From Macrostomum hystrix (Eukaryota > Animalia > Platyhelminthes): a DNA stretch of 64,000 bases. Position numbers and translations under genes: made by a program. The stretch covers positions 4,340,001-4,404,000 of the forward strand of contig CATNEN010000038.1 of the NCBI GenBank assembly GCA_950097015.1, read 5' to 3'. This document shows, in pieces, positions 51,929 to 64,000 of the stretch. The notes beneath the pieces are model-generated. The model saw nothing but the letters and a program-made list of their open reading frames with translations. It was not told where the DNA came from and ran no database searches. Within the stretch, counting starts at the first letter, position 1, and each line of letters begins with the position of its first letter.

Positions 51929-52150
51929 GATAGAGTGCTGGATAGAGTGCTGGATAGTGTGCTTGATAGAGTGCTGGATAGAGTGCTGGATAGAGTGCTG
52001 GATAGAGTGCTGGATAGAGTGCTGGATAGAGTGCTGGATAGTAGGCTGGATAGTGTGCTGGATAGTGTGCTGGATAGAGTGCTGGATAGAGTGCTGGATA
52101 GAGTGCTGGATAGAGTGCTTGATAGAGTGCTGGATAGTAGGCTGGATAGT
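51929..52150. repeat. 12-bp minisatellite (GATAGAGTGCTG)n
   Basis: Tandem array. Confidence 0.95.
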
Positions 52151-52741
52151 GGGCTGGGTCGTTGAATAAAGTTATCAAAGCAGCACACAAGTAACCAATG
52201 TCTTGCAAGTGTATATATTCTCTCTCTTCATAATTAAGCAGCATGAATAATCAATTGAGATAATCTTGCTCATGCCTTACGCACGAGTGAACAGCACGAT
52301 TGCTGTTGCCTCACTTCTCAGCTCACTATGCGTCTCCAGTGGCAACAATAGACCATACTGTCGCCAAGGCTAATAAACATGAGAATAGATAACTATAGAC
52401 AGGAACAGGAAGAGGAACAGTTTGAGCACTTCTGTGCGCAGAGCTCAAAGTAAACTCTTTTGTGCTATTCTGAGGTGTCGTATGCCCAATTTTCAATCGT
52501 AAAATGAATGTATTATCCAACAGGACAATATAAGATATTTATTTTTCAAAACAAATAACGAAAAGTTGTCCATCCTTGCACCAGAAAATGTCACTTTCCT
52601 GACATGAAGAGCAAAGTTGCCAATAATTGGTATGCTTTTCATTCTCAACTCGTAAAGGTTTCGCAATTTCATCGCAGAAGCAGGCTAAGATTGGAAAAAA
52701 TTCTAGGCTGTAAGTGATTGATCACGAACCAGTGCAGGCCA

Positions 52742-53353
52742 TCATTTTCCTGTGTCCTTGTTGGTTCCGTCATCGGCTTCAGGCTTCACAGATTCGGCTT
52801 CAGGATCAAGCAAGTCTTTAGTTTCGATAACTCGCACCACCTTGTTCATATTGAACGGCAAGAAGGGCCTGTTTCTGGCGGATGGAACTTTGAGCTTGTT
52901 CGGTGGGTCATACAGATGGCGCAGCGCCAAGGTCTCACGTGTCACTAGTTTGTCCTTCTTAAACGCCGAGTCCTGCTCAAAGCGATGCAGGTGCAGTCGG
53001 CTGATGATCTCGAATTCGCCCTGGAGGAGAGCCTCGCGACGGGCCATGGTTTCAGCATTGCTTGCCGACATCACAGCCGAACGACTGTCAGCAGACGACT
53101 TAGGCCGCCGACGACGGGGTCTAGATGGGACGTTGGAAGACTTGAAAAACAGCGGCTTCAGCGGACTCACACTTCTGACTCCGGCTAGAACGCCCTGCTC
53201 AAACGAGCGGTTCAAATTCCTGCTCACCAGCTGTTTCAGCTCATCCTGGGTTAGTCGCCTGCCGAGGTCGTGTGTCTCCATGGAACGGAAAAAGTTGCCC
53301 TGCTTCATGTAGGCCGGGTCCACAGACGGCGCGCTGTTTTTTTTTTTCGACAT
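52742..53353 (-). CDS. Hypothetical basic 203-aa protein, apparently single coding exon
   Basis: Non-repetitive GC-rich ORF; splice acceptor TTCTTGCCACGCAG 3 nt before the ATG; no family recognised. Confidence 0.6.
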   Translation of the reverse strand: MSKKKNSAPSVDPAYMKQGNFFRSMETHDLGRRLTQDELKQLVSRNLNRSFEQGVLAGVRSVSPLKPLFFKSSNVPSRPRRRRPKSSADSRSAVMSASNAETMARREALLQGEFEIISRLHLHRFEQDSAFKKDKLVTRETLALRHLYDPPNKLKVPSARNRPFLPFNMNKVVRVIETKDLLDPEAESVKPEADDGTNKDTGK

Positions 53354-53615
53354 TGGCTGCGTGGCAAGAATGATCTGATTTTAGGCTGCCTATTATGTAG
53401 AGGTTAATGCACTCGCTTTGCGTCTTCAAAGCTTCGGCAAGCCGAAAAATAAGGCGCAAGCACAAGATGGGGCCATAGACAACACAGTCTTAGTCCTTAT
53501 CGTACTACGGACAATTGATTATACAATGGTTATATGTATTTATAAGTCTAAGTATAAAAAATATTTCGCCGTCTAAATGACCAAAAGTGCATCGAATTTT
53601 TCCGGCGGAATAATA

Positions 53616-54450
53616 TACCTTTTAACATTTTCTTGGACATAAGTGAAGTTTATTTAGTCCTTGGCCAGCTCAGTCCTAAAAAAGTGAGTTTGATTTAGTC
53701 AGCACTCGGAGTTTACCGTAGACAATAGTAAAGAAATGATATCGATTAAGTCAAGTGCCGTATTTTTAAACCGTTCCATGACTTGATTTTAGTCAAAGTG
53801 AATTTTTTTTTGTCATCATGGCGGCAGCTGTAGGCATTCGCAGAGTTACAATCTCTGAGCAGGACCGGCGAAGACTCATCGACGCCTTTTTGGCAGTGTC
53901 GATTGGCAGCAACTAGCGAGACCAGCTAGACATTCCAGTTAGTCTGCCAGAAATGTTATCGTTAAATACGAACAAAGTGGACGCGTTCCGGCATTGAGAC
54001 GAGGTGGAAACAAGCCAAAAGCTTTAACTGAAGCCTAGCTCGACAGCCCTGTTGAACTTGTTGGTGAAACACCCACCATGACGCTCAATGACATGTGGCA
54101 GCTAGGCGACAGGAACGCTGCCAATGCACTTGGCATCAATCTACAAGAACACCGCGCCCGCATTCTTGAGCGCGAACTGGAGGCGAGAATGGCAGCTGTC
54201 ACGCGGCCTCACTGCGAAGCCTGGCATCGTGAGAGCCTTCGGTACATACCCCGCTGCATTGCCATGGAAGACATTGTTGATTAAATTGAAAAGGGGAAGT
54301 GTCGTGACAAAGTTTTTGGTTTGTGTTGTTCTTGTTTAAGCTTTCGTCTCATGGCTATAACGACTGAATAAAATTCACTTTGACCTAATAATTTTTTACT
54401 ACGGACTGAGCTGGCCAAGGACTCTTATGTCCGAAAATTGTTAAAAGGTA
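53616..54450 (+). mobile_element. Internally deleted Tc1/IS630-like DNA transposon
   Basis: TIRs TACCTTTTAACA..GGACATAAG..AGTCCTTGGCCAGCTCAGTCC and its reverse complement; TA on both flanks; broken HTH (ISEQDRRRLIDAF..RRGGNKPKAL) and C-terminal CEAWHRESLRYIPRC. Confidence 0.85.
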
Positions 54451-54849
54451 TATCACCAATAATTTGCTTATTAACGTTGCTGAGTGTGAGTACGGCTGGC
54501 TGGCCTGAGAAAATCGATCGCTCTTGTTAGATTACATCAATCTTGGTCGTTGTATGATCGAAAACGCTATGAAGTGGATAAATACGGGCATCCAGTAGAT
54601 ATGCATAATAAAATTGCATAATACCCAATTGTGCCAAATGTACTGTCACCGCGCACATCGATTGCCCAACACATCCGAAACGCTGCGTACATTTCAGCTT
54701 TCTTCATAGGATATCACGGATTTCAGCAACACTTAAAGACAGGGCGCGACGAATTGGTTTGTGCGCATAATGTCCCTGCAAAAAACGATGACGCACAGCA
54801 TCTAAATGTCCTTTCTCTCTTCAATCGCTCTGCAATAACCTTAAGGGTA

Positions 54850-55110
54850 CTACGACATGAAGGTCGGGGGTTCGATTCCCGACTCCACTAGAACAATTCG
54901 TGTCCTTTAGCAAGACACTTAACTGTGCATTACTTCAGTTCAACCAGCTGTTAAATGGGTACCAGCATCAGCTGGGGTAATTGAGGGTGGGGTGGCGTCC
55001 CCCCAGTCCATGGACTGAACAGCTGTACGCAGTCTTCTGATGCGCCACGCAATAGCTGCGGCTGTGCTGTCGCCTGCACATCTGGCCCAATTGAGGCAGT
55101 TTAATTAAAA
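54850..55110 (+). mobile_element. tRNA-derived CORE-type SINE, 5'-truncated
   Basis: Homologous to 2879-3142 along its length. Confidence 0.85.
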
Positions 55111-56729
55111 AATTACCCTAAATTCACAAATAAGTTATAACTGTTCAGCTAAAAAAACTCGCATGTTAAACAACAAACCGCTTTTAGTTGTTTAACATAC
55201 GACTAAAACACGAGAAGTTTTTGCATTTATTTTCAAAGATATTTTTATTGCAAATAAACGCATTGCTCTACCAATGTTTTAGAACAAAGATGGAATAAAA
55301 ACGCATATTTATGCACTTATTGCTAACAATGGCAGTAATCAAAATAGCTTTCTTGCTATTGTTGATGTGAATAAAAAATTATATTGCGCTATTTCATTTT
55401 ATTCATGGATTATGGAAAATTATGTCCATGGCGCATTTTGGCTTGTTGAGTACCCATCTGAGTACGCTCATTAATACAAGAGACATTGTTAATTATATCT
55501 CGATAATAGTTTTAGATGGTATCAAATACGAAAATTATAAGGAAATTATTTATCATATAAATATAGGTGAGCTTTGCAAGTACAGGAACAATAGGTCTCT
55601 ATTTGTAGAGTTTTGGCGACATTTTACCGCGCGGTAATTACAGCGCAATATACCTTAATGAGTATTATAAGGTGTAGAGTTTCATTGCTTAGTTGGCAAT
55701 AGATGCAAGAGCAAAGCAGGCCTGGTAATACATCAGAAATGGGTACATTGCGAGAAAGGAGCGAGCAGAAACTTCTGGTGTGAGATGCCCGGCCAGCATC
55801 GAAGATGGCGAGACACCACCGGAGGAGATGCAAGAAGGACGGCGCGAGTGAGACGGCAGTGGAATTCATGCTCTAGCTGCGGTAGTTCAGGAGCACATCA
55901 TTTGATATGATGGATGCTTTATATGCAGAAATGAGAGTGACGGGCTGTGCGAGGCATTGTCAAAGCAAATATCCATGCAGACTAATTTGTCCTTACCTTT
56001 GACCGAACCATATGTGTACTTTTATGACCACTCGGGCTGAGGTCAAATTCGTCAAAACCCGTGCAACATTTCCCGCAGAGACTGCGTTGTTGAATCGAAC
56101 TAAGGTTACGAGAGCTAACTATCAGCGACGTGTTTGAGAAAGACTCTGTTTCCAATCATAAATTACTCGAGTATTTTTTTAAGTTATCCATTATCTTTCG
56201 CTATAAATCGATAGACTCGCAGAAACCGCGTCAGAATAGATTGGATTAGCATCGTCGCATGCATTCTATTCGAATAATTTTAATCCAATGCATTTAATCA
56301 CGTCGTTACGCACGCTGAGGACAGACAATTCACTGCAGTAGGCAAGACGGCGCCTTTTATGACAATCGTTGACGCTGTCTTCTCCCTAATCGATTGCATC
56401 GTAGTCTAGCTTGTATAATATCCTGCATGAATTGCAGGTGTAGCGTGTAGTGTGCTTACACTCGAATCTTTCGACATATTTCCAACTTTTTCATTTATCT
56501 CTAAACTATCTTATGGGACAACGATTCGCACAGTCTCCGGATATTCAGAGCTCAAACTATCCTGTACCAGGTTAAAAAGGCACAGCAATTCACACAGCTC
56601 CTTCATCACCTGTCAAAAAATGTTTACATTTTAGTTCCAGAAGACATCAGTCTTCTTTGTTTTCAATCCCAAATAGATAAAACTAAATTCAAATTCATTG
56701 TTATGAGAACATTGCATTGTCCATTTCAG

Positions 56730-57357
56730 CCTGTCAATTGGCACCTGTCAATTGACACCTGTCAATTGGCACCTGTCAATTGGAGCCTGTCAATTGGAGC
56801 CTGTCAATTGGAGCCTCTCAATTGGCACATGTCAATTGGCACCTGTCAATTGGCACCTGTCAATTGGAGCCTGTCAATTGGAGCCTGTCAATTGGAGCCT
56901 GTCAATTGGAGCCTGTCAATTGGAGCCTGTCAATTGGAGCCTGTCAATTGGAGCCTGTCAATTGGAGCCTGTCAATTGGAGCCTGTCAATTGGAGCCTGT
57001 CAATTGGAGCCTGTCAATTGGAGCCTGTCAATTGGAGCCTGTCAATTGGAGCCTGTCAATTGGAGCCTGTCAATTGGAGCCTGTCAATTGGAGCCTGTCA
57101 ATTGGCACCTGTCAATTGGAGCCTGTCAATTGGAGCCTGTCAATTGGAGCCTGTCAATTGGAGCCTGTCAATTGGAGCCTGTCAATTGGAGCCTGTCAAT
57201 TGGAGCCTGTCAATTGGAGCCTGTCAATTGGAGCCTGTCAATTGGAGCCTGTCAATTGGAGCCTCTCAATTGGCACCTGTCAATTGGCACCTGTCAATTG
57301 GAGCCTGTCAATTGGAGCCTGTCAATTGGAGCCTGTCGATTGGAGCCTGTCGATTGG
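56730..57357. repeat. 14-bp minisatellite (GCCTGTCAATTGGA)n
   Basis: ~44 copies. Confidence 0.95.
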
Positions 57358-57935
57358 GGCCCGTTTGGCGTCGTTTTCCAGACACAAAAAAGAAACCAAA
57401 CAGCTGCTTTCTTTTAAAATGAGTAAACTACTTTTATTTATTTTATTATATTATTGTCATTACCTATCTTACTACGTGGGTCAAAGATAGGTTCGTTTGT
57501 GATTGCAATAAAAAGCACGTTTATAGATGAGTTTGCAAAAACACGAAAGAAATGTTACGAAACGAGGAATAATATATACAATGAAAGAAAAAAGTAAAAG
57601 GGGAACAAATATAAATAGGCACGAATTGCTATTCTCTAAAAGACAAAACAAAACGACCTATCAGAGGCAGCGCATCATGCGCTTACAGTACAGTCGTACT
57701 CAGGACTGTTGCTGTGTTTAAGGTGCTTAAATTCTAGATAAAATGCATTCTACTCAAGTCTAGGCAAACTATAAAATATTTTTACTGTACTACTCTCTAG
57801 CCCAGAGTTGAGTAGTTCCAACTAATCGGGAAAATTCAGCATCTTTGCTTCCTCATTAATCATACGGGAAAGCTTTTATCTCTGAATGAGATGCTGCACC
57901 TGTGAGGCTCATTGAAGACGGTCTCATCCTGATGG

Positions 57936-58928
57936 CTAGACTCGAACAAAGAACTCGCCCGGCATGTTGAGCAGCTCGTGAGGCACAGCGGGGAACTTGA
58001 GCAGTTGGCAGACGCCCGGACCGACCAGAACTGCCTGGCAGTCGGCGTTGCAGTTCACGAAGCATTCCACGTCGCTCCTGATTGGCTGCGGGCTGCGGTA
58101 GAACGGTCCGCTGGAGGAGCTCGCATTCAGGTACAGTCGGCCAGTCTGCAGGACGAACGGTGTGCCAACTGGAATGGCATTTCCGTTGTGAGGATCATGT
58201 GTTGCTAGTCACAGGTGCCATTGCCATAACCCAATGCATTGTGTCATTATAACAGTTTATAAAAGTAATAAAAGCTTTAATAATTGATGGCCCCGTTGGC
58301 GCCAGATGTACAGCAGACAACCCAGCCGCAACTATCGCGCGGCGCATTTAAATGCTGCGCACGACTGAATTCAGTCCATGGACTGCTGGGAAGCCCCACC
58401 TTATGTGAAAGTCTTACATTCTTTTGGAAAATAATAGGATAAAGAAATGTACTTTTCAAGAAAAAAGTAAACTTTATAGAATATACTGTATATTAATAGT
58501 ATGCAGACTTGCTCACTCGGACGCAGGTAGAGCAGTCGGTACACAGAGTTGCGATCGCCAGCTCCGCAGATCTGGCTGGCATCTCCAACGCACGGCATGT
58601 TGCAGTCGGAGGCCACAGCAACGCCCTGACTGCCGAAGGAGTTGCCGCAGTAGCAGCCGTCTCCATTCTGGACACCAAAGTAGACAAAGCTGCCGATGCT
58701 GCAGATGGTGCTGCACAACTGCACAGTCATGGAGCTCATAATGACGCATTTATGGACTGTGTTCACGCTGTAGGAACCGATGGTGGACATGCCGGCCAGG
58801 CCGTTGAGGTCCCTGACATGGCCCACGTTATCTACGTAGCAGCCGATGGGACCGAACCCAACGGCCAACACGCAGCGAAGGACCGAGCAGCAGAGCAGGT
58901 GGCGGATGAGAACAGCAAGTGGTCTCAT
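57936..58928 (-). CDS. Secreted WSC-domain protein with C-terminal PAN/apple-like domain. Exons 58928-58517, 58204-57936
   Basis: Signal peptide; WSC motifs IGCYVD, MTVQLCSTIC, YFGVQNGDGCYCGN, CNMPCVGDASQICG; exon 2 has ECFVNCNADCQAV...CQLL; phase-1 intron. Confidence 0.88.
58278..58400 (-). mobile_element. 3' fragment of the CORE-type SINE in the WSC gene intron
   Basis: TTCAGTCCATGGACTG and CGCGGCGCAT match the other copies. Confidence 0.65.
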
Positions 58929-60061
58929 TGTGCAGAGCAGACCTTTGTCTTGTTAAATGAGTTAATTTTACAGTCTCTGTTAGGTTGGAGCGATGCGATC
59001 CAATTTATTTATGATATATATGCCAGACTGAGTTTTATGACATTGAAGAAAAAATTAATTGCAGTCTGAATCGGTTGCTAAGCGATGCTGACAAAGCTGT
59101 TCAGAGCCCTCCGCCGTGCCACTGACGTGTTACGCATTCATCTCTTTCTCTAGCCTACGGAGAGAAAGAGATGAATTCTTTCCCTGCCCTGTCCATTAGG
59201 GGCTCATTAATAATATGGTAGTGGGAATACGGGACTTGAAAATACAACACACGCTGTAGTGCGTGTTGCTATGTAAGCTGGCATAAGCTTTATAGCGAGG
59301 ATAACGTGGATAGAAGGCAGGAAATATTCATTTTGATTTGCGACTGGCCGGATGCTGCCTTGCGCGTGTTCAGAGAAGTTGCCCGCTTCAATTAAAAAAA
59401 GATCTTTGAAAACTGAGATGCAACCATTGAAACAATAACTGTACAATAGTATACCATAATATTGTAACCATAATATAATATTGAATAGCGCAATGCTCTA
59501 CCAACGGGGAAAACAGAAGGAACAACAACGTAGTCAAGAATCGGACCGGAATAAAGAGAAAGGACGTTATTGGGCACTGTAGCTGGGTTCTGTTGCGACA
59601 CAGTTGCGAAGCTGAACCAGATTTACAACTCAGTTTTCCAGAATTGCATTAGCTTAAATTCTAAAAATTACTGTCGATAAAAACGGAGAAATTCGCATTT
59701 GCCCACTGGAGAGAAGCAGTGAAATGAGAGTGACATCAATTGACATCTGATAAAACAGAATGAAAATAGTTTGTTCGGCTCGTCGAAAATGAGCGGCCCG
59801 ATCGCACGGAGAGATTGAGGAAGCAAAAATAAATGAAACCAGCTCAAACATGACCTGCTCACATAGCATGGGAGACGTTGGGTGATGGGAGCTGAGCTGC
59901 ATTTATATGGGTGAGGGAAGCAGCAGGGTAGCGACCTGCACAGGTAGCCAAAACAGAAGCGACAAGCAACTCGGCCATAAATAGAAGCCGCTCAGGTGTG
60001 CCGTAGCTTGTTCTTGCTCATCTGGAAAAGGACCTTCACGAGTTATCATTTGTGAGAAATT

Positions 60062-63000
60062 ATGCTACGATTCTGCCTGCTGTTCGGTAAGTCCACTTTG
60101 CATCGTTTTGTTTGCCGAGGTTAACAAGAAAGACAAGACCATGTTGCCCTCTTTAGCTCTGGGGCCGACTCACTAAATAGGCCTTCATAAGATTCAAGTT
60201 TCCAATTGGCCTGCAGTGTCGCTGGCTCTGCTGCAGTCCCCGCTGGTGGCAGGCCTGCGGGCATTGAATATGTTCAAGGCTTCGAAGCCGGTGCAGCTGA
60301 GCAACGCCAGCAGCAGCGAGCTGATCAGCTTCAGCTCGCCCGGAATGTCGCGCTTGATTTGCGCGAGCCGCTGCACCGGGCTGGATGGCTGCGCCATCAT
60401 CGTCTTCAGCGATGACGCTCGACGGTGCCAAACTCTTCGACTCATGCAGACGCCGGGACCCAATACAAGTCACGTGACCAGACTGCTCGGAGGCGAAGCT
60501 GGCGAAGAATTATGGCTGACGGAGGACTTCCATGAGATGGTTGAGCGGCTGCAGAGCCCCGCAGCTCAAGGTGAGTCCACTTTGGTGCCGAGCTTCGAAG
60601 GGATTCAGCCTCAAAAAAACGTTTGTTGTGTCTCAATTCGCAGTCGATGTCTTCGGGACCGAGTCTGGCTACACGATCGTAAATGGAACCGAGATCAATT
60701 TTCAAAGTAAGACTTTGGATTTTTCTATACTGCTTCATCCATCTTCGCTTTTTAATATGCGACTTAACCTTGGGGAGGCTGAATGCGGGCACAGTGCTCC
60801 CACGGTGCTGATTGTGGGATCATATGATGTAGCTATGCCAGCACCTCTTGCGGATCTTGACTTCATAACTAAAACCTAAGCGCCTATGCAAATATTCGTT
60901 ACTGCAGACAGCGGCACTGGCAGGAACGGCTCGGTCCAGCAGGCCATTGTGTCGGTGTCCGGCTGCTATCGAATCCAGGCTCTCGGAGGCAGCGGGGGCA
61001 TGACCAAGTATTTTACCACTGGCTTGACCAATGCGAAGAGCGGGGCCTCAATGACCGGCAACTTCAGCCTGTCGGCCGGCACCCGGCTGTCTATTGTTGT
61101 TGGGCAGAGCGGAGCAGATGGTGCTAGCAATTCGGGCGGAGGTGGCGGTGGTGGCTCATTCGTGTACCGAACTTCTGACAACTTCCTGTACCTGGCAGCC
61201 GGTGGTGGCGGTGGGGCGTCCGACCCAAAGTCAGGTGAGTTTCAGTGTGCTTTCAGGAAATGCAGGAAGTAATTAATAGGTAATATATAAGTCTGTAGAG
61301 ACCATAAACCAGAAAACCTATGAAGGAGGGGCATAGACTTCTCAGGCTTGATGCTTGTTATAAAGATAATTTATTATTACATTTTCAGCAATGCATGCCT
61401 GTAGCAATGCAAATTATACAATAAGCAGTACGATAAAGTGTGAATAAAAGTAATGCACTATTTGATAATGGCATTTCAAATTTAAAAAATTTGCTGTGAG
61501 AATAATTCGAAAGTGATTACTTAATTACCTATCCTGGTAGTGATGGAGTGCAGGGTTCGCTGATGGTAGGCACATAGTTCCTTGTGGTCGTAGAATGCCA
61601 TAGGCTGCTGAACATTTCTTTATTGACACCTGTGAATCCCCTGCCTTAGGTAGCTAGGATTCTTCCTGAAGACTTTTTAGCCAGGCCATGGCATTCAATA
61701 TATTTGGCTCATTTTATGCCGTTTGACATATGCCGCTTTAACAGACACATTTTCTTCTTGAGCGTAGAGTTCGTATCCTGCGCTGCTTCCACGGAAATCT
61801 TGCGGTAAGAAATGCAGTGAACTGAACAGGTGCGAGACGACTCTGTTGGGTGGAAATCTTTTCGAGAATTGACTCTGCTCCATTTTTCCAAAAGTGCTGG
61901 AGTATTTAGTGGGTAGCGATGAACTGTTACGATGCCCGATGATGGGTTGTGAGCGTATCCACTTCGGCAGCCGAATGCTGAACCATTTTTCAAAGAACAG
62001 CCTTGGAAAGAAGCTGCTAACAAACTGACACTGAAAGGCAACTGACAGACCCTGCTAATACGAGGGTCGTACTGACAGAGGTAGCGGCCCAAGGTACACA
62101 GCAATTGGAGAGCTGTTCCTTACAGCGAATGAGAAATGGGCAGAAACTGCATACCGTGAATTGGCACCTGCCACCTAATTAAGGAGCAAGTGACCAAAGC
62201 TAAAGTAAAGCTATACTTAGCGACTCACTTGCTGCATGGCAGCAATTTCAAGATATTTCCGGATAAGCTCTTTTAAGTCTTCTCTAGCCAGCATCTAGCA
62301 GTTAGCTAGATGGATCCATGACTTCAGTTGCCAAAATTTCAGTTGCCTATACTAAACTTGTTAACGAATCGCGATTCTAGGCTTTTATTTCTTAGTCCCC
62401 TCGGTGACAGTCGTAGCAGACAGGGCCTAAGCATGTACCTTGGCAAATGTATGGGTGCCAATTAAGTGATTGGCCAGCTGTGTTTCAGAGGATGACCAGT
62501 GACTCGAGCTGTGTCAGCCCTTTCGAAATTCAGTTGCTCAGGTCTTGCTCGACAACTGATTAGCAAAGCACTGCCTGTTTCACCGCCAGAGCTAGTTAGC
62601 TCCACAACAATGTCATTAACAGTAGGACTACCAAGCCATTTTGCCGCCCGTTTTTATACCAAGGCCCTGACAATTTTTTGGCAGCGCCCGAATGCTAACA
62701 GCGTTGGGTGGTGACTGATTGGTTGACAGACTAGGCGATGGTGTCCTGTGGTTGAGCTGCGCCCAATATTTTGGCTTGAGCATTGAAATTTGAGAAATTC
62801 GCGTCAGGGTGTCCATAGTAGCTTAGTTCCACCTGTTTTAGCCCTTGAAGGTCCAGCAGTCTGTCTAGATAATGGTAGGTGACCACCGAAGACGGAGATG
62901 ATGCAGGCACACTCGGGTGACATGCTGATAAATTTTGAAGGCCTGGCAAGGCCGCACTGAGGCGCAGTGCAAATTCGTGTATAGGGGTGTGTGAAATACA

Positions 63001-64000
63001 CTAGCTCTTATGGGAAAAATCGGACCTTCGGCCAGAAACATCGAATATCTCGACGGTCTGAAGAGCTGGCGACTTGTTTCTTGTTTCAGAAGATGCGCAA
63101 CAAAAAGTTGGCCCGTGTTCTTGAGTTTCGTGTGCTTGCATTGTTCCGTTCGGGTGCAGCGAAAAAAATTGTCAGGGGGGAAATTCCCCCCCCCCTTGGT
63201 AGTTCTACTGTTAAGGGGTGTCGCAGCAAGTGCTCAGTTGACATGACAGTTCTCAGGCACTTCTCACTATCCGAACTTTGTTCTAAGTGATGCTTATATT
63301 GTCTAGAATAGCTTCAATTATAAAATATTCCACCGATATCAGTGTCATAATATCCGTCTTAATTTGCAGGTTGAATGGAGCTGTTGCTGGTTGCAAGATA
63401 GTGTAGAAAGTTACTATCTTGGTAGAAGGCTGCCAGTTTTATGATAGAAAGGCTAATGGAAAAAATTATTTCATTTTAGTCTCAACCCACTTTGTTACTT
63501 GGCTACTGTAAAAACATCCCCTAAAAACATCCTTTTTAGCTTATCCTGGTGACGCAAGCGAGAACGGCACCTGGCCCTGGCCCAACAGATTCCCTCTTGG
63601 TGGCATTGGCGGTCAGCCAGGAACATCCAACTCTGGCGTTGGCGGGGTCTACGCCGGTCCCGGCGCTGGCTGGCTGAGCGGCTCGAACTCGACGAAGGGT
63701 TGTCCAGGCTGCGGAGAGGGCGGCTTCGGTCGCACCGAGAGCTGGCTCGGTGGAAGCGGATACCAAGGCTCTGACGGCGGCTTCGGAGGCGGTGGCGGCG
63801 GGGCGGGTTCAAGCAGTGGATGCCCGAGTGGATTGTCTAGATGTGCTGGCTCTGGGGGCGGTGGCGGCGGCTTCAGCGGCGGAGCAGCCGCCAGAGCACC
63901 CGGAAACGGAGGCGGCGGCGGTGGCTCCTTCTGCGGTGGCCAAGGCTGCGTCGGAGTCTCCAGGGCCATCACGGGCGACCAAGGGCTCGTGACCCTGCGG
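60062..64000 (+). CDS. Secreted protein: PAN/apple-like domain + ALK/LTK-type glycine-rich domain; runs off the window. Exons 60062-60086, 60217-60570, 60644-60706, 60908-61234, 63540->64000
   Basis: Four phase-1 GT-AG introns; CASRC...C...CQ PAN-like pattern; YRIQALGGSGG, IVVGQSG, GGGGGGSFV, LAAGGGGG, GAGW, GGFGGGGG, GGGGGSF match the ALK glycine-rich module. Confidence 0.85.
61700..61990 (-). pseudogene. Frameshifted THAP zinc-finger remnant (P-element/THAP9-type transposase N-terminus)
   Basis: SAFGC...VHRYP...LLEKW...R..F.P....TCSVH then HF in another frame; first Cys lost. Confidence 0.7.
62875..63215. mobile_element. Unclassified interspersed repeat, probable DNA-transposon end
   Basis: Homologous to 20535-20730; ends in GGGGGGAAATTCCCCCC...GTTAA. 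Confidence 0.6.

Overview
Eukaryotic (invertebrate animal) genomic DNA with GC-rich exons, GT-AG introns and a different minisatellite in most introns; this style suggests a free-living flatworm such as Macrostomum (inference only). Genes in order: (1) 3' part of the spliceosomal helicase Aquarius (AQR), 9 exons, with an acidic 10-aa-repeat C-terminal tail; (2) an inverted, tail-to-tail pair of GABA-A/GRD-like Cys-loop receptor genes whose exons 1 and 3 are almost identical while exon 2 (loop C of the ligand site) is only ~74% identical; (3) a plus-strand TM+ARM-like gene whose ~19 kb intron appears to host (4) a complete antisense GlyR/GluCl-like Cys-loop gene; (5) a C19orf81-like gene and an intronless unknown ORF on the minus strand; (6) a head-to-head pair of secreted proteins (WSC+PAN-like; PAN-like+ALK-type glycine-rich domain). 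Mobile DNA: a 5'-truncated RNase H non-LTR retrotransposon, a young TRIM-like LTR element, hAT-type MITEs (one inflated to ~6 kb by an internal satellite), a deleted Tc1/IS630-like element, a THAP remnant and two tRNA-derived SINE families. Exon coordinates were derived by hand from splice signals and reading-frame phase; no database searches were run.
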